From the NCBI GenBank assembly GCA_024626585.2, contig JANKJI020000002.1, forward strand, positions 12,099,428-12,116,890: a DNA stretch of 17,463 nt, written 5' to 3'. Every line of letters starts with the position of its first letter. The first letter of the stretch is position 1. Positions 1 through 10,989 of this stretch are shown here, piece after piece. This DNA is from Ginkgo biloba (taxonomy: Eukaryota; Plantae; Ginkgophyta). A program made the translations under genes and the position numbers. Below the pieces are notes generated by a model, which saw nothing but the letters and a program-made list of their open reading frames with translations, made no database searches and was not told the DNA's origin.

Positions 1-672
1 CAAGAGGCAATGTCTATGTAGAAAAATATCTCTAAGGAACAGGGCTACACATCGCTGATCTCTGTAAGAAATTAAAGTGGAGAGTGATCCCCTTGTGCCC
101 CTAAAAAGGCAATAGTTTCTCCCTCGAATCTTGTAGAAAAGAGGACATCTAAAGATGAAATGCTCCTCTGCTCTATTGAAACCGGAATCTATTGTGAGTA
201 GTTAATGTATGGAGAGTAGATAATTTTTCCTTTACAGCATTTTGAAAATTATACATAAAAGTTTGTAATATGTTTACTGCCATGTATTGTACTGGCTTGT
301 ATGCTTCATCCAAATTTTTAGCAGGGTTATGTTTTGCAGAATTTGTACAACTGTGTTGGGGAGGTCTATGTCAGTCCTGTTACAATCTTTAGTAGTCTGT
401 GAAATTCAAAAGGAGAATTCCTTGTCTTGTATCATTTGTGAAAGTTATCTGAACATTTTGGTGCTATATTCGGTTGCAGATAGATGGACTAGTGGATCAC
501 GCCCATAAGCTTAACCTTGCCAACAAATTGGTTGAGTGTGATCTGGAATGCTTCAATAAATTATTGTCAACAATGCAGTTCACTTTGCAGGTGCACTATT
601 AGTCTTGTTTTTCTTTGTGTTGGGTTTTACATGGTGTGAAAATAAATTTTCTTTTCTTTTCTGTTTTGCCAG

Positions 673-1699
673 GGCTGGCTTCCCAAATTTGAGCAAGCAT
701 TTGGCAATCATTCATCAACCGCAAAGAAACAAACAGGTCCATCTTCCCCACCTGTTTCATCTTCAGTTCCAAAAGATGAAAATTTAATATCACTCAATGA
801 TTATACAAAGAAAGCATTGGAGTCTTCACTGTCTCCCTCACCTTTAGTGTCATGGCCTCTGGGCATTAAGAATGACAATGAGAAGGGGTTATTCTGTCTG
901 ACACCAATGCCAGCATCAAGAAAATCTCGTACCAAGTCCAAAGTGTTTCCTCCTTCAGAACTGACAAAATCCGTTGATGAAGGTGAATTAAATTCTATGG
1001 TAAAATCTTCTTTGTCACCTGCTTCTCAAAACCCCAGTGAGAGTCCACCACAAAAGGAGGCTGTGACACCAAAAATTCCACAAAGCCTTGTATCGAAATA
1101 TTCTCAGTATTTCATAAACAAAGTATCAGATAGCACAAATGAGGATCCTCCCAAAATAATGGGGACACCTGGCTTGGAAATATCTCCACCAAAAACCTGT
1201 TTACTGCTGAGGCCTATGTCAGATTCCTTTCAGCAAGAGCAAAGTGCATGTGTCCAATCAACTCCTCCCCTGACAGTCCAGTTTCCACAGATTGATGAAT
1301 CTCCATCCTCAGAGGAGCTGGAATCACAGATTCCAAAGAGTCTTAGGACCAAATATCCTGAATTTTTTAAAAGAATAGCTCAAGATTCTGTACCGACAAA
1401 GACCCCGGTGCAAACATCGCCACACTTTGGAGTATCACCTCCTAAAACTTGTGTCTTGATGATACCATCATCTGATGCGTTGTCAAAAAGACAGGGTGCT
1501 TCTGAGTCACTTAAGCAAAGTGAGAGGGACAAGGTTTCTACCTTGACAGAATCCCCTGGTAGTTTTTCTCTCTCTTTTCACGGTACTGAACCTATGAAGA
1601 ATGGGGAAGCTGTGAAGCAGGAAAACCTGACTCAAAAAGGTTTGACGGGTAAATATCCGAATTTAAACAAATCGTTGTTACAAAGGGAGAGAGTGCAGA
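673..1699 (+). CDS. Large internal coding exon of an uncharacterised S/T-P-rich plant protein (At5g12930-like family, recalled from memory)
   Basis: A strong acceptor (polypyrimidine tract TTTCTTTTCTTTTCTGTTTTGCCAG) ends at 672. Frame 1 is open from 673 (GWLPKFEQAFGNHSS...) into the 817-1728 ORF, whose listed start is an internal TTG. Motifs: SPSPLVSW, GLFCLTPMP, and two SLxxKY...SPPKTCxL units. A candidate donor CAGA|GTAAGG lies at 1699/1700; unspliced, the frame stops at TAA 1726-1728. Upstream exons were not found in the window. Confidence 0.8.
1039..1476 (+). repeat. Intragenic tandem protein repeat of about 84-85 aa: two full copies, plus a partial third starting near 1640
   Basis: Copy 1 is ESPPQKE..IPQSLVSKY...TPGLEISPPKTCLLLRPMSD and copy 2 is ESPSSEE..IPKSLRTKY...SPHFGVSPPKTCVLMIPSSD. 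A third GLTGKYPNL has its KY at 1651. Confidence 0.8.
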
Positions 1700-2339
1700 G
1701 TAAGGAAGAGAAATATTACACTATCTAAAGTACCTCAACCTCATTTGAAAATAAATACTCATAAAAAATGTAATCCAACAATTACAAAAGCACCACATTG
1801 GACATGTCCTAACCTCATATAAAAAAAAATCATAGAAGTGATGTGTCATGCACCCACCTTTGTAAAATTTTCTACACATCAAATTAATGCTTTATTATTT
1901 ACTCATTTTTCTTTTGTAAATTTATATAACTAATGTTTATATTACATATAAGGTTTAATTTACTCAGCAAGTATTAATTAAATGAGTGAATATATATATT
2001 TTTTAATTATTAGAAAGTATAGATTTATATTACATAAAAGGTTTTAAAATATAAAACAACTAATTAAGCAACCTCAACTATATCTATTTACAGTAGATAC
2101 TTTGACTCCACCTATACTAATTGTAGCCTATAATTATATTCTTTACTACTTGTAGTGCCTTTCAAAACCAACTAAAGCTACTATAGAAACTAACTCCTAG
2201 AAAATGAGATCTTTAAATAGATTTATATAAACAAAAAGGNNNNNNNNNNNNNNNNNNNNNNNNNNNNNNNNNNNNNNNNNNNNNNNNNNNNNNNNNNNNN
2301 NNNNNNNNNNNNNNNNNNNNNNNNNNNNNNNNNNNNNNN

Positions 2340-2645
2340 GACAGCCTGGAGAGCAGACACTTCGGAGGGAATTGTGGTCGAAACTAGAAGCAGAATCCGC
2401 AGATATGCGATACACAGTCACATCTACATTCCCCAAGGCAAGAAAAGGCTTTTTGCGAAAGCTTGATGATGCTTCCTCTTCAGAGAACACTTGTACAAAT
2501 GTTACGCCACAGGTTCCAAGCTTGGGTAGGTCCTTTTCCATGAGGAAGGAGGCAATCTCTGATGATGGAAGCAGTACCATAGTAAGATCTGCTGCAAGAA
2601 TTTCTTTGTATAATGTGCAAAGTATTCAGAGACCTTTTACACAAG
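2340..2645 (+). CDS. Next coding segment of the same gene; its 5' end lies in the N gap 2240-2339
   Basis: Frame 2 is open from the gap edge: QPGEQTLRRELWSKLEAESADMRY...RKGFLRKLDD...RPFTQ. GExTL++ELW++ and KGFL are the C-terminal motifs I recall for this family. Donor CAAG|GTAATT at 2645/2646 (phase 1); unspliced, the frame stops at TAA 2660-2662. Confidence 0.75.
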
Positions 2646-2975
2646 GTAATTACATTGCTTAAATGTTGTTGACAAACTTTCCATTCTAGTTTGTGTTCTT
2701 GTTAGCATGCTTATTTGACTTTTCAAGGTCCAAGACTTTGATTTCATACTAAGTACATTAAAAATTACAAGGACCTCTTGCATAAACATTTATGGTAGGT
2801 TCCCTCAATCAACATTTATTCACCTAATCTGTGTATTGGGTCAAAATGACCCTTAGATGGAAGGTAGCCTGTGCAGTTTACTTCTGTGAAAACCAGGGAT
2901 AATTATGTTACACACAGTAAGTCATGCTATGGATAATGATTCTGAGCTATGCATATTCTTGAAATTGTGTATCAG

Positions 2976-3031
2976 AGCGGTCCACTAAGTCGGGCGATAT
3001 TTCAGTATTGGATCCCATGAAGCGACTTCAG
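2976..3031 (+). CDS. Candidate 56-nt internal exon of the same gene
   Basis: It is bounded by TTGTGTATCAG| and CAG|GTACTA. It joins the phase-1 donor at 2645 without stops, giving (E)RSTKSGDISVLDPMKRLQ and ending in phase 0. It is richer in GC and CpG than its flanks. Confidence 0.55.
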
Positions 3032-6000
3032 GTACTAGTCAATTGCTCCAAACCCTTACTAGAAATAGTTCTCAATAAATATCTGGTCAGAGAGCTTGAA
3101 AAGATTTTATGGTTAGTTCATAGTGTGGTTGCAATTTACATGCTTTTCAAAATATGCTGCTATGTAATGAAGTAAAATTACATTTTCTTAGCACCAATAA
3201 AGTTCAGAAATGAAATGCGGTCTAATTTCTGAGCAAGTTTTTACTTCCTCTTTCTCTGGAGATTACCTTTTCCACTTTCTCTGTGATTTTCCCTTCCCAT
3301 ACTTGCTTAGCATTCATTCCTGATTTGAGNNNNNNNNNNNNNNNNNNNNNNNNNNNNNNNNNNNNNNNNNNNNNNNNNNNNNNNNNNNNNNNNNNNNNNN
3401 NNNNNNNNNNNNNNNNNNNAGTGTGTGGTTACATTAGCAGGGTGCTTCTATTTTCTCTAAACACTCCTGCTGAGGAACTGTTGGAGCTTAAATAAAAAAT
3501 AAGGTCTCATTAAAATTTATATAGGTTGCCAAGGAGCTTTAAAATTGCTCAAACTGCTCATGGATAGAGAGGTGGGGAAATTTTTGCATCCTTCTTTGGA
3601 AGATTTCACAAAATTCTGTTAATGAAGTTTGAGTAATTTGAGCAATTTCAACAACAGATTCCAATTCATTCACAACCCAACTTTTGGATGAATGTAACTC
3701 CCTGCTTCTGGATTTTGGAAGCCAAGCCCATCTGTTGTGGCTAAGATCTTATTTCCCGCACTTCCATTCATCAGTCAAATCATGTTGAGCAATCCTTAAC
3801 ATGCAATGCATTATGAAAAGTACTGTTCACTCCTTGTATAGAACAGTTATAATATACATTTTTATGCTTGGAAAAGCTTATATTTTAGATAGTGTTATCC
3901 CGTTATTTTCTAAAGAATAATAGAAGATCCTTGCAGTAAGATACACGACAAGCTATGCTTTGTATACAGGCAGAGAGAATCATACTATAACAAACTTGCA
4001 CCCGTGTGTTGTAACTTGTGAGCAACATCCATTCAAACAANNNNNNNNNNNNNNNNNNNNNNNNNNNNNNNNNNNNNNNNNNNNNNNNNNNNNNNNNNNN
4101 NNNNNNNNNNNNNNNNNNNNNNNNNNNNNNNNNNNNNNNNNNNNNNNNNNNNNNNNNNNNNNNNNNNNNNNNNNNNNNNNNNNNNNNNNNNNNNNNNNNN
4201 NNNNNNNNNNNNNNNNNNNNNNNNNNNNNNNNNNNNNNNNNCAACATAGAAGAATAGAATCTTCAGCTTAAATATTAAATAAGAAGAAGAAATAATTTAG
4301 AAGATATGTCTTAAATTGTTACACTAGGTATTTTCTCACAATTCTCCCTTTTCACTATTAACTAAGAACCCATGATTCTAATATTTTATTATATCTCCAA
4401 TGATAATTATTGACATAGTTATAAAATTATTCATTTTAACTTATTGGTTAAACCTTCAATGACATAGAAATTTTTCACTTGGTAGAGGACTTGACGTGGA
4501 GTCTAAGTTGGAGTGTAAAAATATTTTAATGTGTCTTGGGGTAGCATTAGGCCTTTGGTCTTTTTTTGGAGCCTTTTGTTCTTTGCACTTTTCTCCGGCT
4601 TCAAGTTGCTTTATTGTAGGAGCTTTCTGCATTTTTGCAGTTCTCTCCAAATAGGTAGGCTTCTTAGTTAAGACTGAATTGTATGATGTTGAATGTCTTG
4701 AACTACCTTTCTTTGTTGTTGGAATCCTCATAGATTTATTTCTTTACTGCAGTTATTTCCATCTCTCTAGCTTATAGTTTCCAAAGATATGCATTGGCAA
4801 AGTTGCCTATTTCATTAGCTTGGAGTTGGGACAATGTTTGGGAGTTTGTGAATTGCATTTTTTCCTGACTTTTTGACTTCGAGCGAGACTTTTTCTCTTC
4901 CTATAACTGCATTCATATAAGTAAATTGCTCAACTTTCTGCATCTCTGGAAACCTTATAGGTTCCTCTATTAATCATTACTAGCTTTTCCTCTGAACGTT
5001 ACCCCACTAAATTTTGGTTGAAACATTTTGCAATTCATAAAGCTGTCCAACTTTGCAGCAAACATATGGATTTAAATAGGTCATACTGTCTCTGCGTGCC
5101 TCAAGGCAGACACTCTGTTGGGGCCAGCCTTGGAATGCTCTAGGTTCTTCGTCCCTAGGATTCAGCGGGGGCCTATGACAAAAAATAAATGTAGTCTTGT
5201 GAGTCTCTTTGGCTCATGTATGATCCTCCTCCATAATTATCTTGTGATCATCTCATGTAAGACATTGTTTTTGATGATTATGGAACAATCTCGTAGAGTG
5301 AGTATCTCTTGGAGCAAGTTTGCCATTTATATGCATAAACATAGTCTAATCCTAGGGTTTCCTGTTACAATTGAGGTTTAGTTGGTTTGTTCTAAGATTG
5401 ATGACTGGGTACATACAACTTTTGTTGTAATCATAATTTGGCCTTAGATATATCTTATGTGATATCATATTGGGATTGTGTAATAATTGTTTATTGCCTT
5501 GATCGCACAAAAACTATTAGTGGTTAGTCATTTTGATGTTTTAATGACAAGTTATGATAGAAAAAAATGTTGGTTGACAACTACATGAAGTGGCACTAGT
5601 GTTTAATTGATTGTAAGGTATAAATAACTTGTCATATATGTTTAAAGTGTGAGATCTGACTTAAGGATTCAGACTATGTGAGAGGTTGTTTGGATTATGT
5701 TGTAAGACATTGATGATAATGCGATAACCTTACCTTAATTGCATTCTTCTTTGAATATCATTGTAGATTGTTTGATAAATACTAGCATGGAGAGAGAGAG
5801 CGTTGTGAATTAGTTATGTTAGATAATGGAATGTGGCCAACTATACACAAACAATTGGGATTATAGATGGCAAGAATTAGTTGTGAATAAAATAATAGCA
5901 GCTAGAAATTAGCCAACATTGGTTCTATTGCCTATATGATTATGTGGCCAAATATAATTTGAGTAGGGGATTGCGATAATGGAGGTGTCTCTCAAAGTGA

Positions 6001-6934
6001 GTCATTGTCATTGATATTTTTAGAGAATTATGTTCTAGATTTCAATACAATGGAAGTCACTTGTTGAGATAAAGTTTGCATGTATTCTAATAAGAGGTTC
6101 GATATAATTTTATTATTGTGTATAGTTTTTGGAAAATGAATGTAAGTCAATTATGCATGAANNNNNNNNNNNNNNNNNNNNNNNNNNNNNNNNNNNNNNN
6201 NNNNNNNNNNNNNNNNNNNNNNNNNNNNNNNNNNNNNNNNNNNNNNNNNNNNNNNNNNNNNNNNNNNNNNNNNNNNNNNNNNNNNNNNTAGGATTATAGC
6301 CTATATGCAAGCATTGATTTGTTCCTTAATGATCGAATGTTTGGATCATAATTAATACGGTGATCGTGGCTGCCTTTTTGGTGGCTTGCTAAATATTGGG
6401 TAGGCGGGAGATCTTTTGATTCCATCTAAAGAGCAAAAATGATTTTAGTTTTTTGTGAAGAGTGATATTATAGACGAAATCAAAGAAAAGATGTGGGAAT
6501 GCTGAGTTGAAACTCTATTGGTAGTGTAAAATCAAGATGAAAGAAGAAATCCAAGGTTGCAATGGAGAGTGCAACAAAGGAGCTTGACATTTCTGCCTAA
6601 GGATGAAAAGGAAGGTCTGCAAGAGAAACTGGTAAATTCATGGATTCAAACTATTGAGCTTGGGACCAAATTATTGTTGAAAGAACTAGAAAACTCAGTG
6701 CATCAAGAACAAGCAAAAGAAGATCCCTAGGTTATTAGTATTGATAATTTTCTGATAGTTTGCATCTTTGAGAGAGCAGTGATTTGGAAGTGGTGAATTA
6801 GAAATTGAAAGTGTTGTAGCAAGGTTATCAAGTACTGTTTGAAAAATCTATGTTTAAAAGTTTGTTGTGTTGGAACAATGATGTCTCATCATTTCTTATC
6901 AGGGAGTAATTTGCCATAGTCGCTAGGGAGTGCT

Positions 6935-7299
6935 TGTTATAGCCCAGTCAACCATGGTCAAAGTTCGGTCAACAACCAAGTTAACTAAGGAAGGTAGAAC
7001 TCTAGATGCATTAAATAGGCCTTTTAAAGTCAAATGACCCTTAATTGCTAAGGACAGCTCTAGGAGAGAGCCAATTATGAAGCTAGTATGTTAATTTTGA
7101 AGACATTGGCTAGTTTGGATGGGGGGAACCTTAAGGAGACACAAAAACAACTTAATAAGGTACAACATCTTCCCTTAAACCACAACGCCACCTATCTAAG
7201 AATTAGTTGACCCTTAAAGAAGGGTTTTTAAGGCTAAGATAGCCCTACATGTCAGTCGCCATCAAGTGTAGCCCAACATCACCTTAAAGTATAAAAGGA
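6935..7299 (+). mobile_element. LTR-like repeat, copy A (runs into a gap)
   Basis: It starts TGTTATAGCC and has TATA-like TATAAAAGGA at 7290-7299. It is colinear with 8112-8471 through shared blocks GTCAACC.TG.TCAAAGT..GGTC, AGTATGTTAAT, AAAAACAACTTAA.AAGGTA and CCTTAAACC...CGCCA. Confidence 0.6.
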
Positions 7300-8111
7300 N
7301 NNNNNNNNNNNNNNNNNNNNNNNNNNNNNNNNNNNNNNNNNNNNNNNNNNNNNNNNNNNNNNNNNNNNNNNNNNNNNNNNNNNNNNNNNNNNNNNNNNNT
7401 TAACCCAGATGAACTTCAATTCAACAACCACCTCATATTTATTTTTTGATATAAATATGAATGTACTTGGTTATTTTGGTTAATGAGAATTTTGAATTTT
7501 CTTATGTGTGCATAATGTGTTTCTTATTTTTTCTATTTTATAAAACTACATTGTTATGTTGCCAGTGTAAAGGTTATTTATGTATATTCACTATCATCTT
7601 GATAGTACAAATTTTCTATAATCTTACACATTCCATATTCTTTGCCTTTGGAAATTCATGTGTGGGGAGTCTTGGATTATTAGAATGCTCCTAATGTGGA
7701 TGGGCTATTTATCCTGTTGATAATGTTCTTCTTGCAACGGAGTCTTTGGTTGCAGATGATATGCATGTTGATGTTTTGAGTGATGGCAACACTGTACAAG
7801 TTTTGCACATTTAGAAGGATGATGATTGAATGTTGTAGACTGAGTAAATATAAGGACCCCATAATGATGGATATTAACTTTGAACTTATGGTTTTGCGAC
7901 CTGAGATGTCGTGGAGTGTTCAGAGAAAGCCAAGAGAATACTAGAAAAATTAGAAAACATAGTCATTTATTGGATCTCAAATGACTTAACATAGGCAGTT
8001 GATGAATGATCTTGAGCAAATTTGGGATAATAATAAAGTAGCTACTACTAGAGATACTCTGAGTGTTGGGCTCTCATTTGATTCTACTTTTTAGGTGGCT
8101 TCAATTATCAT

Positions 8112-8720
8112 TGTTGTAGCCAAACTTAAAGCGCGGTCAACCTTGTTCAAAGTATGGTCTAAGGAGGAAAGAAGAAGCTCAAATGCGTTAGTTAGGTCTA
8201 AAGAAGCCAAACTACCCTTATCAGTGAAGAGGGACACTAAGAAGGAGCTTGGCTTTGAAACAAGTATGTTAATACTAAAGTTCGTTGTTAATTATGATGG
8301 TGGGACCTTTAAAAGGACTAAAAACAACTTAAAAAGGTAAATCAATCTACCTTAAACCCTAGCGCCAACCTTCTAAGGGACAACCTTTTGCAAACGATTT
8401 TTAAGCACTGGTGAGCCTACTTGTTAGCTGACTTTAGGTATGATAATGTACCATCAAAAAACATAAAAGGAGGGCCAAGGGTGATGTAATAAATCATCAT
8501 TCCTTTGTCTCTATACATTGGCTTCTCTTCTTCTGTGTCTAGCATCTTGTTTGTTGCTCGTAGAAGTCGTATTTTTTTGTTGTTATGCTTCCTTTTGCTT
8601 GGCTAAATATTATCTATGCTATTGAATGACTTTTCTGGGGAAGTTCTTGAAGAAGAACTCTGCAATTATAGTTGTGGATGAAGGCGCTGCTTTCCAGAGA
8701 CTTTCTTGCATGATTGGAGT
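8112..8720 (+). mobile_element. LTR-like repeat, copy B (right end approximate)
   Basis: It starts TGTTGTAGCC and is homologous to copy A through CATAAAAGGA (8462-8471). A T/C-rich R/U5-like stretch follows, which ends at the next LTR. Confidence 0.55.
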
Positions 8721-8726
8721 TGTGTG

Positions 8727-9052
8727 TGTGAAAGAACTTAACAAACGAACAAGCACAAAACACAAAAAAATTTCACGTAGAATTAGTCTACCATGAACCT
8801 TTCATTCATGCTCATCTAAACTGATATGTACATAGGACAGTATAAGTATATATACAAATTAGTTATGTAATGGTCCTTTGTGGACTCACCATATGTTTAG
8901 TAACCCCCAACAAGTGTCACCCTAAAGGCTGACCCTAAGATGACTTAGCCCTTCGCTAATTTGATATTACAGTTAATCTAAGGGTCTATAACATTAGTTT
9001 ATGAACCTAATTAAAAATATGTAAATAGTAATGATTCTAATACTCCCCCTTA
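8727..9052 (-). mobile_element. Ty1/copia-type 3' LTR (about 8727-9042) with adjacent polypurine tract
   Basis: On the minus strand the PPT TAAGGGGGAG (9052-9043) is followed directly by TATTAG, a decayed TGTT LTR start. TATATA lies near 8848, and the LTR ends ...CTTTCACA at 8727. The internal region would extend into the gap 9066-9165. Confidence 0.6.
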
Positions 9053-9880
9053 ATGTTTATATCATNNNNNNNNNNNNNNNNNNNNNNNNNNNNNNNNNNN
9101 NNNNNNNNNNNNNNNNNNNNNNNNNNNNNNNNNNNNNNNNNNNNNNNNNNNNNNNNNNNNNNNNNTATTCAATTAGGTGTTTATTGATGCAAAGCTACAT
9201 CATTTCTACACCATCACTGCATGCCATTTTTTGGTTACTATAAATTAACAAAAAACCAAAAATGAGTCTTAAATATGATTTTATGCTTTTATATGCATGA
9301 GTATGGGTCTGTTTACCCTAGGAATGAAGATTTAGACTTTGTGTAGTAGGGTGCTCTTGGTAAAAGAGTTATTTTGCGTAGTTTATGGTTGATTTTGGAT
9401 TTGCATGGACAGTAGGGTTTGTTGTATTTATTGTTTTCCCTAATTTTCAAGTTCTTAACCCTAATGCCTAGTCCTAGTGGCAACTTGTCCTAGCAGGAAA
9501 TCTACTGAGGGGATTGTTATGCATAGGTTTATCCATACATTTGCATTTATTGCATTATTTGAGTTGGGACAATACAAGCTATAGCCCTTTTGTGAGCATG
9601 TATGACTCTTTGTCATGGGCTATTGATAGTGAGGGTAGGGGTAGCACCTTGAAAACCCTCGAAGATGCTTCGATTCTGTGAGGTGTGTTAGCACTCACAA
9701 TGGGTTGTCATGTGGATTGACTTGTGTGATTATATATTTGTGCACATTGATTTTTTGCTCACTTATGTTGCAGTCAATTATGCTTGTATGTGTGATACTA
9801 TCAGTTAGGGATGGATATCTCATTAGGGAGATAGTCCTAGTGTTGAAGAGAGGTTTAAAATAAACCTACACCTGGCACTC

Positions 9881-10750
9881 TTTTTTTCTTTTTTTTGATT
9901 GAAATTGGATTGTATTAATTGTAGAAAGGGTTACAACATTGGCAATTAGAGAGAGTACTTTAGCCCCACTTTATGACTACTCCCTTGAAATAACTCAACA
10001 ATTACTCTAAAAAACTTGAAGTGGTGAACCCACTTTCAAAGAAAAAATTGTGACCCCGACTCTATGTATAGGGTCGACTGTAATATATACAATTATAGGT
10101 ACAGACAAAAAATGATGAACCAATCAAGCGATTCATTATTGCCATTCTTCCATAGGGGGTGGAAGATTGAGGTCTGGGAGATAAGTTTGGGAAAGACCTT
10201 TGTAAAGGATGGCCCCAAGCAATTTTGATTGGATAATTCATTATCTTTGTGCGCATCTTGGCATCACTCCCAACCTTAAACTTTGCTGAAAGGAGAATTG
10301 AAGCCATTTAATTATTTGAATTTGTGATCTTGTCACCTCTGCTTCTAGACCTACCCCTCCTGCTACCACCTCCTACTAGAACAAATTGGGAAGGAGTTGT
10401 TATTACTCTTGATCTCATAACTCTTTTTCTTTTTGTGTCTGCATGGCAATAGGTGGAGTTTCCTTGACTTCACTATTGTCCTCTATATCCATGTCTTGTG
10501 CCAGTGTATTTGTGACAAATATCCTACCCTCTCCAATATCCTTTCTACCACCTACTTCTTGTAACTTAGGGCTCTCCCCTGTGTTCATGATGGGTCTGAG
10601 TTTGTTAGTTGGCTTGACATCTTCCATTGTGTCTGATATTCTGTGGAGAATATGATTTGCCTCTTGAGAGGAGACAGGTTTTGCCCTTTGGCTGCCTTGC
10701 TAAATTGGCCTTGCTTTGCTTCCCACTCTTGTCCAATTGGATTATTTGGT
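9881..10750 (-). mobile_element. LINE-like relic: ORF1-like C-terminal region followed by a 3' end with poly(A)
   Basis: The minus strand ends ...ATCAAAAAAAAGAAAAAAA (T-run 9881-9896), typical of plant L1 tails. Upstream it translates, with one stop and one frameshift, to NWTRVGSKAR...MEDVKP...KRKRVMRSR...SRRGRSRSRG, a low-complexity basic sequence like an L1 ORF1 tail. No catalytic motif is visible. Confidence 0.45.
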
Positions 10751-10989
10751 NNNNNNNNNNNNNNNNNNNNNNNNNNNNNNNNNNNNNNNNNNNNNNNNNN
10801 NNNNNNNNNNNNNNNNNNNNNNNNNNNNNNNNNNNNNNNNNNNNNNNNNNAATATTTATATAATAATAATATTATATAAATAATATTATTAATGTTTGAT
10901 TAGAAATTTAGAATACAATATTATTAATATTATATTAGAATACCAAGTTAACTAACACTATAAAATTTAGAAATAGAATCATATATATA

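Noticed and set aside
817-1728. A stand-alone 303-aa gene
   Set aside because: It starts at a TTG, the frame is open upstream to a splice acceptor at 672, and conserved motifs continue after 2340. It is an exon, not a whole gene.
3545-3553. Resemblance to miR828 (shared TTGCTCAAA)
   Set aside because: Only 9 nt are shared and the rest does not match.
4456-5381. ORFs 4456-4731 (-) and 5118-5381 (+)
   Set aside because: They have no recognisable motifs or splice support and are probably chance ORFs or unidentifiable TE decay.
7665-7830. Possible hAT transposase C-terminal remnant (DY*NAPNV..WAIYPVD followed by an acidic stretch)
   Set aside because: The similarity is too short and needs a frameshift. 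It cannot be supported without a search.
9166-9880. Possible gypsy LTR 3' part ending ...CCTACA with PBS-like TGGCACTC
   Set aside because: The PBS match is too poor and there is no second LTR or TSD.
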